From assembly GCA_037447605.1 (NCBI GenBank), contig CM074812.1, forward strand, positions 1 through 64,000: DNA of 64,000 bases. The letters are read 5' to 3'. The notes under the pieces were generated by a model. The model was not told the origin of the DNA. It did not search any database and worked only from the letters and a program-made list of their open reading frames with translations. The position numbers and the translations under genes are program-made. This DNA comes from Zygnema circumcarinatum SAG 698-1b. Taxonomy: Eukaryota; Plantae; Zygnematophyceae. This document shows, piece after piece, positions 16,954 through 26,425 of the stretch. Positions within the stretch are counted from its first letter, which is position 1; each line of letters starts with the position of its first letter.

Positions 16954-18126
16954 GGCGCTTCCCTCCCTCCCCCTCTTCCTCTCCCTCTCTCCCTCTCCCC
17001 CTCTCCCCCTCTCCCCCTCTCCCCCTCTCCCTCTCCCCCTCTCTTCTCCTCTCCCTCTCTCCCTCTCCCCTCCGCTGCGGTGAGACGCGACTCGCGAGCG
17101 CACATGCATGGCCTGCCACGTGGCGCGCTCACATTGCCCGCCACGTGGCGCGCTCTAACCTCGCCACGAGGCGCGCCGCGCGCGTGCGTGCCGTACGGCA
17201 CCGCCCGTGTCGGGCCGGGCGCGCACGGGCCCGCCATTACGTGCCGTACTGCGCGCGGGGTTCCGCACGTGCCCGCCCGCGAGGGGGCCGCCCACGTGCG
17301 CCATCCGCCGTGGCAGGCCCCGATTGCGCGAGCGGATCCGGGGCGGCGAGTCGCGGCGCGCGAGGCGATTCGCGCAATCACTCCCGCGCGCGCCATTGGC
17401 CCGCGGCCCGCGCGTCGCGACAGACCGACAGCCAGACCGGGCCGACAGACCGTCCGCTGGCGGGCCGCGCGCGATCGACGGCCGCCGTCACGTGGGCGGG
17501 CGCACCGCAACCGAAACCGCAACCGCAACCGCAACCGCAACCGCCCGCCCGCCGCGGAAAGCGCCCCGGGCACGCACCCGGATCGCTCGCCGCCACCGCC
17601 AAAAAGGACGTGCGCGCTTGCGCCAAGCGGGCGGGCGGGCGGGCAGCGCGCGGCCAATCGCCGGGATGCCGTACGAGCGCAGTGCGGCACGTGCGCGCGT
17701 ACGGCCGCGCTGCCCGCCCGCCCGCCGGGCGCCGGGCAGCCGTGGAACATGTTTTTTGGCTGCCCAAATCCTGCCCCTCGCCAAACCCGAGGGCGGAAGA
17801 ATCTCCGAGCCTGGCCCGGGCCTGTTTTTCGCTTCTGCCGGACTTCTGGAGGGCCGAAGTCGAATCTGATACGGTAGCAAGGCAAAAAATGGTCGGAGCC
17901 TGTCCCGAACCGCCCGTAGGCCCGGTGCGGTACCGAGCCTGCAGGCCCGGCGCGGCGGTCCTGACTCCTGAGGGGGCTGCGCAGATACATACGGCAGCGC
18001 GATATAGCCCATGGATGAATCTGTGAATCTATCTATCTCCCACGCAGCGGGGGAGGGAGAGCGGGGGGGAGAGGCCGCGAGGATATCTGGCGTTCTTGCG
18101 CCCTCATTGAGCTGCCGGGAGCTGTC
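16954..18126. promoter_or_regulatory. Very GC-rich divergent promoter with G-boxes, CCGTAC motifs, an (AACCGC)n microsatellite and a ~100-bp hairpin
   Basis: GCCACGTGGCGCGCTC twice at ~17115-17156; further CACGTG at ~17267, 17294, 17489 and 17688; CCGTAC at 17191, 17244 and 17669; (aaccgc)n at ~17508-17544; inverted repeat at ~17627-17725. Confidence 0.6.
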
Positions 18127-19077
18127 ATGGCCGTGGCTATGGCGTCACCAAAGATGATGACCGCGCTTGCAGGGGCCGTGGGAACAATCTCTTCGTCTCC
18201 GAACAGAGTGCGGATGGAGGCTGCACAGGCGAACTGCGCCCGCCAGGCCGCGGACTGTGGTTCTGGCCCTGCGCTGAGGACTTGTTCGCATCGCACTGCG
18301 CAGTCGGGTCGGACCTCCAGGGAGGCCTGCGGGGTGGCAGCCCGAGCATCCGTGTTTGCAGAGGGGCATGCAAACACGGGTTCGATTGGGCAGAATAATT
18401 GTCTGAACAAGGCGGCGGCTCAGGGGCTCGACCATGGCGGCAGAAGTTCGCCCCTCGTTACTCAGTACGCTGTGGATACCGCGCAGCCCTGTCCCGAGGC
18501 CGACGACGCCATGCATCCGAGCTCTGGCGGAGGGCGGTGGGATCACGTGGGCGAGTTCTCCGGCAGTGCGGGCCTGGCTGCGTGCGCTGCACCGCCTTTC
18601 CTGGCGAGCTTAGAGCGCTCGTACGTGACGCAGGCGGCGGTGGGGAGGGTGGAATGCAACAGCAAGGGCTGTCGGCCGGTCCTCGACGACAGGGCGCCGC
18701 TGGCAGAGCGCGGGAGCGGGGGATGGCCCTGCGTGGATGCGCAGAGGGGAGGAGGCCCCAGCGCTGCCTGCGGCGCTGCGAGTCGCCAGATCCATCGTCG
18801 CGATGCGAGATCGCTCTTTTCTCTGGAGATCGCCCCGCTTTTGGACAGCACCCGGACTGAAAGAGAGTTTGCCAACCGTTGGTTCGAAGCGGCAATCGCT
18901 GAAGCTCCCTTTGATGCCCGGCTGTTGTCAGCTTACGCTAAGTTTGCTTGGAAGGAACTCAAGGATGTGGAGAAGGCTGAACATCTGTACAGAAGAGCTG
19001 TAGACGAAGCGCCAAATAATGCAGAAGCGCTTGCAGGCTACGCCTTGTTCCTGTGGGAACATGAGGCAGACAATTAG
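18127..19077 (+). CDS. Plant-type TPR-like protein, intronless, 316 aa; low-complexity N-terminus, C-terminal TPR/HAT helices
   Basis: The C-terminus, WFEAAIAEAPFDARLLSAYAKFAWKELKDVEKAEHLYRRAVDEAPNNAEALAGYALFLWE, matches the plant TPR-like family pattern (Y..AI...P....L..YA.FL.....D..KAE.Y.RA....P). Confidence 0.85.
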   Translation: MAVAMASPKMMTALAGAVGTISSSPNRVRMEAAQANCARQAADCGSGPALRTCSHRTAQSGRTSREACGVAARASVFAEGHANTGSIGQNNCLNKAAAQGLDHGGRSSPLVTQYAVDTAQPCPEADDAMHPSSGGGRWDHVGEFSGSAGLAACAAPPFLASLERSYVTQAAVGRVECNSKGCRPVLDDRAPLAERGSGGWPCVDAQRGGGPSAACGAASRQIHRRDARSLFSLEIAPLLDSTRTEREFANRWFEAAIAEAPFDARLLSAYAKFAWKELKDVEKAEHLYRRAVDEAPNNAEALAGYALFLWEHEADN

Positions 19078-20590
19078 AATGTAATTGTATCAATGCAGTG
19101 TCGTGGAACAACACCAGTACAGTACAATAAAGAGTATGCCTCTGCATCATTAGATGCGCGTGATAACATCACATGTGACCTTCTTTTGAAGAGGTTTAAG
19201 ATTATTTCTTTCGGAGCTCGTGGATTCAGCTGCTGTGGCCGCTTGAAGAGCGCATGCAACTGTAGCTTGCCTTGGAAGGAAAGCGGTAGTGTACATTGTG
19301 GAACTGATGCTGTAAACACGAGGGTGGAGACGATAATCTCAGAAGGTCTTGTGGACCCAGGAATAGCTTCTACTCTGAACTTGATTCTCCGTCAAGTGTG
19401 TGTATGTCAATGGATGGCTTGTGACGATACGATTGCTTATGCTTATTGGGGAAATTGTGCGTCGTCTTGTTGACGTGGTGGTCCGCACGATAAGGGCGAG
19501 GTTGCCCTCCCGCACTCGCAACAGCGGCGCGATGAGGGATGTCGATGTCACCAGCGCAGGCAAGTGGAAGCATCATGTCTGAAGATTTGGGAGTCGATTG
19601 GGTCGGAAGGGGGGAGCGGGAGTCGGCGTGGGAGTGGAGAAGATATGTACAGAACATGTTGGAGGAGTGGGAGGGAAGAGAGCAGGTCGAGAGGGGCGCC
19701 GAGAGAGTGGAATGGGAAAGTAATTCATATCGTTTTCCCTTGCCTACCTTCTTAAAGAAGAAGCGTCTCCCCCACATTAAGTTTTGGTTGCATTCCGATG
19801 CCGGAAGCATCGCATTCTATGCTGCCCGCTTGGCTCCTCGGCTTCCTTGTTGAGCAGTGTCCTGCTGTGGTTTGCATTTACAAGTGGAGCCAGACATTCA
19901 TGAGCGGGAACAGGGAAAAGTGGACGGCAGAGCAGGGCAGAGGGCAGGGCAGGGCAGGAACGCGAAGTTGGCCAGCAAGAACGCTTCAGTCCAGTCAGGA
20001 ACAATGTAGACTTCACTCTTCCGCTTCCATCCGTCTGTGCAAGGCCGCCTCCCTCGCAGCTTGAGTCAAAGAATGATGTCCCCGCCATCGCCAGCCGCGG
20101 CCGGGCGCTCGCGAGGTTAGTTCCAGGGTTTGGGGTTCAGGGTAGGCTTTTAGGTGTAGGGGTTAGGGTTCAGGTTTCAAGAGATCAGGGTTTCATAGTC
20201 TGCACTGTCTGGAGGACTGAATGCTATCCAAAGGCAGCGGACAAGATGCACGGTCGACCACAAAGGACACTCTCTGCTCGTACAGGTCCTGGCCAGCATT
20301 CATCTCTTCCTAACACAGTAGGCATGAAGCTACATTCCTTTTTAGCACGGAAATTCAGGAAGTAAAAGGAGGTTGATGCTGGGCGTTGACCTGCAGAACC
20401 CCGTCATTCAGGACCTCGAAATCTGTGCTGCAAGTTCTCAATGGCAGATTGAAAGCAGGTACACACACAGTTTGAATGGCTATAATCAAATTTGAGCACA
20501 AGCAATGGTCCCTACAAACCTTATTACTGATCTATTGTTTCCACTAAAGAATCGCAAAAATCTGCTAAGCTATGAATCCAGAGGCGGAGC

Positions 20591-23448
20591 CTATGACTCG
20601 ACCGGCTGTTTTCCCTTCACAAATTTCTCCAGCTCGTTCTGTATGTCCGTCAGTTCCCGCCTCAAGAGCGTGACCTCTTGCTCCAGCTCCTGAATGCGCC
20701 GGCGCTCCTCCTCTCTGCTGCTGGGTGGGGTTGGCGCCGGCGGTTTGTAGGGAGTCAACAAATTCTTACCGAACGCCCGCAGCGCGTCGACACCCCGCAC
20801 CTGCAGACAAGCCAAAGCTTAGAAAACTCTTCCCGCAATCTTCCAGGTCGTGTCATGCTTTAAGCCAAAACAACACTCCACAAACGAGCTTGAGCAAGAA
20901 TGAGAGTCGCATATTAGCAGACCCTCTACGGCAAGAACCGCTCCGACCAACCATAAAAGGTTTAGGTTGTAAAAGGGGCAGCCATTCTTCAAATATATAA
21001 CCAAAACCACTGAAATCGAGACCCATTGAACGAAGATTCTTCCATCGAGGAAAGAACCCCCCAGTAAAGAACTGCCAAGCTTGGAATCAATATTTAAAGA
21101 GAAAACCGAAACCAGTTTGACATCATTTAAAGCATCCCAGGCAGGTTCTCTCTGACATTAGTTCTCTCTGAGGCTCACCTCTTCTGGAAGGAGTGGGCAA
21201 AGCACTATGTGGAAATCCTCGTACAAATCATGAAACTGGTCAAGATACTTTTGCTGCATCTTCACTCTCGCTTGCAATAACTTGGATTCGCTGGCTGTTG
21301 CTCCAGTCACCGGCATGGGACTCAGTTAGACAATGCAATACAAATTTTGAAAGCAACTAACACGAAAAAACTATGTTCATCTCATCAGTTCTTAAATCTA
21401 ATTCATTTGGTAGAGTTGAGAACATTTCTGTGCAGCTCATCTTCCAAAGATTCAAGTCCGTACTTCTCTTTCGAAAGAATAAAATTTTACGAATTGAGAG
21501 GATCTCTGAATTGCCAAACAAAAACTGAACTGTAACCACTGTCGCTGATGCACTCAATTTCGAAAACACATCAACCTCTTGAATCCCCTATGGAGAACGT
21601 TATAAGTGTCTGCCTAAAGTGTCGGATGCGCATCACTACTGATAATGAAAGTATACTAAAGTTATTTAAACCGAAAGTCACATCAAGGCAAGCTCTATAA
21701 ACATAAATCTCATGACAACCCTAGAGAGCTGGAGACTACATGTTTGATAAAGAACTACACACCTTCTTCCGAATAGAGCACTTGGTTGATCACAATGTTG
21801 TGCGTATCAATTTCAAATCGAGCAAGCTCTTGAACTAATCTTTCTGTTTCATAGAGTGAAAGAAACTCCGGAATACAGACGCAAACAAACGTTGTCAAAT
21901 CCTGCAAGGACAAGTGACGAGAATTATGAGTACAACAGATCTAGCAGAGGCATCGGAACAACAGACACAAACGTGTTTGATAGCACGACCAATTCCACAA
22001 CTCAAAACGGCCACGGCAAACATAGAGACGCAATGACTACAAGTCGTGCATAGGTTTCAAAGCAGTAGCTTGCTGAGAAAATACATCACAGATAAGTGGC
22101 CAGTAGAATCTAGCACGAACGAACATAAGAACGAAGCTTACCGGATTCTTGAACTGGTCGTTCACTTGCTCAATAACAGCCTTCATGCTTTCCAACTTTC
22201 CCATGACTGCATCCTCGCCGAACTCCAAACCCCCTCCAAATGCTTGGGACATCTACATATCAAGGTAATGACAACTCCTCTCAGTGGCCGTATCAGACTT
22301 TATTGACGAGAACAATGTTGTTCCCAATACTCAGAGAGATAAGACGCTTCTGGGAGAAAACCTGGTACAGAAGTTGAAATAGGCACAGTACATTATTTTT
22401 GTGACTTTTAGCTCGACATACCCAATGGAAGATGCATCTTAATGAGTATATCGTCTTGAGTTGCACCTTGATCTGCAACACAAGTCTTACCTGGGTAATC
22501 ATTCCACCAAATCTATTCTTGAGAGCCATCATCTTGCCGAGTCCTTTCTCCATAGTGGACGGAAACTGCAGCAACCGCAGCGTGTGTCCTGTTGGCGCCG
22601 TATCAAACACTATAACGGAGTAGTCCATGTTCTGCACCAGCCTGTTGCAGGGCATTAACCTCAGTCAGCCGAGACATGCACAGGTTCCTACTAATTGCAA
22701 ACTCTGAATGCAAATTCAGAAGCACGAGCGTACGCCAGGGTGGCCACTCTTGGAAGCCTACTTGAGCATTTCTGCAAAACTCATTGCTTCATCAATTCCG
22801 GGAATTGAGCTAGCCAACTCAGATAAAGCGCCGCCTTCACCCGCCAAACTTTCAAGGTCTTCGTTCTCCACTTTAGGATCAACCTCCTGGAGAACCATGC
22901 ACAACTCGAAATATTAAAAACACCTGAGAGGAACTAAAGCGAACCTGCGAGACGCAACAATGGAAGGATATTGGTGAATTCTTCATAATATAATCTACCC
23001 GTCATCAAGTTTGGCAACTTTGCCTCTAATATCGCTGACACTTGTACACCATCGGTAGGACCAATCTTCCTGTTGATGAAAAACGCCGAGCCTGAATTGC
23101 CGGCAATCGAGCACGTGACGAATTGAATGCCTAATTATAGTAAGGGATTAAAGTATGCAACGTAAGTGAAAGTAAGCTCGTCGTTCATACCATTGCGTAC
23201 AGATTGTTGAACCCCTCAACTATTGTTGGACTCTTCGTAAACTTTTGTCGAAAGGCATCGCTCAGATTGTGCGCTGGATCTGTGGAGATTATCAAAACTT
23301 TTTCCCGAACTGCTGCAAGGAGGACTGCTAAGCAACAGCTGCAGGTTGTCTTTCCCACACCTCCTTTTCCCCCAACAAAAATCCATTTGAGTTCTTTCTG
23401 GTCCAAAATATTCGTCAAAGTTGGTTCTGGTCCCCCCGCTTCCGCCAT
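20591..23448 (-). CDS. GET3: GET3/ASNA1 (TRC40) tail-anchored protein targeting ATPase, cytosolic GET3a type; 7 exons
   Basis: [89 protein letters not shown], and a C-terminal coiled coil as in plant GET3a. Exons approx. 23448-23191, 22888-22762, 22644-22492, 22252-22142, 21901-21763, 21294-21179, 20803-20591. Confidence 0.97.
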
Positions 23449-23767
23449 GGTGGTCGAGCCCCTGCACGTCGCGGCCAACGGCTCCTCTGGGGAGAGTACA
23501 CGAGCGAGCAGCGTGCGGGATCGGGACGGCGAGGGCGAGGGCGGGCGGAGGGCGCGGCCACAGGCGACAGCGGGAGTGGAGGGTCGTGTAGTGTAGTGTA
23601 GTGCGGCGGTGGCGCGCTCCTCTCGTCTCCCCCTGCCTCCTCCCCCTCGCCCTCCCCTTTCCCCTCCCCCTCCCCCTCCCCCGGCCCCCCCGAGGCACCA
23701 CCTCCACGCTGGCAGGACGTATACCGTACATATTCGTACGGTGAAAGGGGTACGGTGATGACATCAC

Positions 23768-23868
23768 CAGGCCTCCTAGCACATATCTTATTTAAGGGGT
23801 TTGTCAAAACCAATTTAGGGGATAGTCCCCTGTGTTAGGCCAAAATCCTCTATTTTAGGAGTGATCTG
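23768..23868. mobile_element. Decayed ~100-bp sister of the adjacent hAT element
   Basis: Starts CAGGCCTCC, like the hAT TIR CAGGCCTCTT. 23806-23862 is a degenerate direct copy of the hAT right end (aaaaccaa.ttagggga.agtcccct...aaatcc.ctattt.a.gag). It is preceded by GACATCAC (23760-23767), one mismatch from the hAT TSD. Confidence 0.55.
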
Positions 23869-24534
23869 ACTGATCTCACATCACCATGGCTCTTCAAATA
23901 GGGGAGATCCCCTAAATATCGTAAATAGCTTATTTATGTAAGATTTTGAGATTAGTTTACGTGATTTCAACTTAAATACCACACAAGCCCCAAAAAAGCA
24001 TTTTTTTGGTTAAAAACAAAAAGGAAATGAATTATATTTGCAACCACGATAACAAGGATGTATATGAACTTTACTTGTTGGTATAACAACACGGCTTTAG
24101 AAACTGGTGCAACTTCGACTCTTATAGATTGGTAAATTTTACCAATCAATTAGAACAACTGTGCATTTGGCAATCACAACATATAGTTGCTTATTCAAAA
24201 ACCCAATTGCTCGGAAACTTTGTAAATCCAATCCTAAGCTCTCTATTTCCTTTTCCATCCATCATTAATTACTCCAAGTATCACTTTAGAATCCATCATA
24301 GTCTTGAAATTTCCTCACAAAAACTCTATTCCAAATCATAACCTCTGAAATTTTAGGTGTAGTCACAAAAAAAAAACTGAAATAGGAACTAAAATTAGAA
24401 ATGAAATGAAATATGGTCTCACTCCCTTAGGAGTTTTAGGCAGAACAAGACAGCTATAGAAGTGATGCAAACTACTCAAAGAGACCCTCGAAGAGCGGTC
24501 AAACTATCAAACGCAGTGAAGAATGCCTTCCAAT

Positions 24535-24693
24535 AGGGGGTGTCAGACTTAACAAAATCTTACGAAAAGCGTTACGAAAAAAAAGGTTACGAAAGTACTC
24601 CGCCGCAGGAGGATCGCTATTATACTGGAGTACTCGTTCTGATGTCAAACTTACGACCACGCGTACTGAAATTTTTTAAGTCTGACACCCCCT
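24535..24693. mobile_element. MITE A (159 bp)
   Basis: TIR AGGGGGTGTCAGACTTAA / TTAAGTCTGACACCCCCT, flanked by AAT on both sides. Confidence 0.88.
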
Positions 24694-24743
24694 AATGAAA
24701 AGTTTGTCAACCTCTTTCGAAACTCGTCTTTCTCCCATCTAAT

Positions 24744-25022
24744 AGGGGGAGTCAGACCTTGACCATCGCCCGCGGAATTGAAAGATTCCGGCGGCGGAAA
24801 GGTATTGATTTCGATTGCAGAATTCGGATCGGAAACCGCGGCTCCCCCCGAACCTGCCTGTCCCGTCCGTACTTCGAAATAGGTTACAAAAATGAGATAC
24901 AGGCTCGGCGCCCGAGCCTGTCGAACGTCCACTTTTGGCGAAAAAGGCCTGCCGTACAACGCGGAATTGGCCCGACGGGCTCGCGGATTTGGTTTGGCGC
25001 TGGTCAAGGTCTGACTCCCCCT
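24744..25022. mobile_element. MITE B (279 bp), same family as MITE A
   Basis: Perfect 22-bp TIR AGGGGGAGTCAGACCTTGACCA / TGGTCAAGGTCTGACTCCCCCT, flanked by AAT on both sides. Shares AGGGGG(T/A)GTCAGAC ends with MITE A. Confidence 0.9.
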
Positions 25023-25125
25023 AATTACTGAAAAATCAGACTCGACGGTAGCAGTGTTGGGAAATAATGAACGTCCGTACATGCACGGTTTCGTCCGTAC
25101 AATCCATATTTACGTGTTTTTACAA

Positions 25126-26153
25126 GGAAAATTCTATTCTCACACCTTTTTTGTCTACACACAGGCCTCTTTTCGCCGGGCAGATTTTAAAATAGCACAA
25201 AAAAAGAACACACCTTTCACACCTTCTCACCTTTTTTTTTTCACCTTTTTTTTCCCACCTTTTTGAAATCGATACACACCTTTCTCCATCGGGCAGATTT
25301 TACCCCTTCTTGTTTTTTTCAAAGAAAAAAATATCGGCCTGCCCGAATCCACTCGGAGCAGAAGATCCGTCCGCCACGAGATCGTTCGCGGGTGGCCGTC
25401 CTTCACACGTGCAGAAACTATACACCGTCGATTCTAGAGAAGATCACACTACGGCAGATCACCGTTCGATCGGCAGCCGGGCTCGGTTCCAGCGAATGGC
25501 ACACGCCCACGTGTCCCACCCGAGCAGGCTCGAGGACCGTACACAACTCGTACGGTCGCAGCTTCGAGGAAAGTCTAAATTCCTTACATTGCGAGCTTGA
25601 ACCAATCACCATCTGCCGCGTGCTCTTTTTAGACGTGGCAAACTGTGATTGGTAGAGGCACTCAACTTTAATTATTACGTTTTTTGACTTTCCTCGAAGC
25701 TGCGGGCGTACGCCTTTTGTACGGTCCTTGGAGCCGGCTTGGGTGGGACACGTGGGACAGAGCCCGGCTGCTGATCGAACGGTGATCTGCCATGGTGCGA
25801 TCTGCGTGAATATCGACGGCGGAAAATTATTGCACGTGTGAAGGACGGCCACCCGCGAACGATCTCGTGGCGGACGGATCTTCCGCTCCGAGCGGATTCG
25901 GGCAGGCAGATAAGGGGCGTTATTCTTCATTTCGTAAGGGTTTACATAAGGAGTAAAATCTGCCCGACAGAAAAAGGTCTCACGGCGCTCGGCCGCTCAG
26001 CACTAGTAGCGTGTATCGATTCCAAAAAGATGTGAAAAAAAAGGTGAAAAAAAAAAGGTGTGAAAGGTGTGTTCCTTTTTTGTCTATTTTAAAATCTGCC
26101 CAGCGAAAAGAGGTCTGTGCGTAGACAAAAAAGGTGTGAGAATAGAATTTTCC
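25126..26153. mobile_element. Foldback (Mutator-like) element of 1028 bp whose arms are inverted repeats along the whole length
   Basis: Ends GGAAAATTCTATTCTCACACC / GGTGTGAGAATAGAATTTTCC. 8-bp TSD TTTTACAA at 25118-25125 and 26154-26161. The arms pair to a loop at ~25622-25632. The ORF track shows near-identical peptides on opposite strands (25263..25655+ and 25418..25930-). Confidence 0.88.
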
Positions 26154-26425
26154 TTTTACAAAACCAAGTTAGGGGACAGTCCCCTAAAGCCGAAATCCCC
26201 TATTTGAAGAGGCCTGCACATCACCCTTCTTCCGAGTACAGTAGCAGCCTGATAACTAGCACGGCGCGATACAAGGCAATACAATCCAATACGATACGAT
26301 AAAATACAATAGTTACAACGCGATACGATACGGCGGGTTGGCTTGAGCGAAAGAGGGAAAAGGGGGGGGAGGGAGGCAGGCAGGGAGCGGCCTTCCGCTG
26401 CGCTGCGCTACCCGGCAGGCCAGCC

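Larger units (their letters stand above)
24513..25082 (-). pseudogene. hAT-type transposase C-terminal (dimerisation-region) remnant split by two MITEs
   Basis: Removing both MITEs plus one ATT copy each restores the frame SLFPNTATVESDFSVIR-WEKDEFRKRLTNFSL-EGILHC, followed by stops. This resembles the P.T...ES.FS......R..L...SLE hAT dimerisation signature (recalled). Confidence 0.75.
23885..26216 (-). mobile_element. Non-autonomous hAT-superfamily DNA transposon (2332 bp) carrying nested insertions
   Basis: 8-bp TSD CACATCAC at 23877-23884 and 26217-26224. 21-bp TIRs CATGGCTCTTCAAATAGGGGA and (reverse complement) CAGGCCTCTTCAAATAGGGGA, 2 mismatches. Internal transposase C-terminal remnant. 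Confidence 0.9.

Noticed and set aside
16794-18026. Long overlapping ORFs on both strands in GC-rich islands (also 7750-8507, 44429-45111, 54694-55370)
   Set aside because: Stop-poor GC-rich promoter/UTR sequence with Arg/Ala/Pro/Gly-biased translations and no domain motifs.
24535-25022. Reading the MITEs as Stowaway/mariner elements with TA TSD
   Set aside because: Formally possible, but the 3-bp AAT reading restores the transposase motif spacing at both sites. Kept only as the alternative to test.
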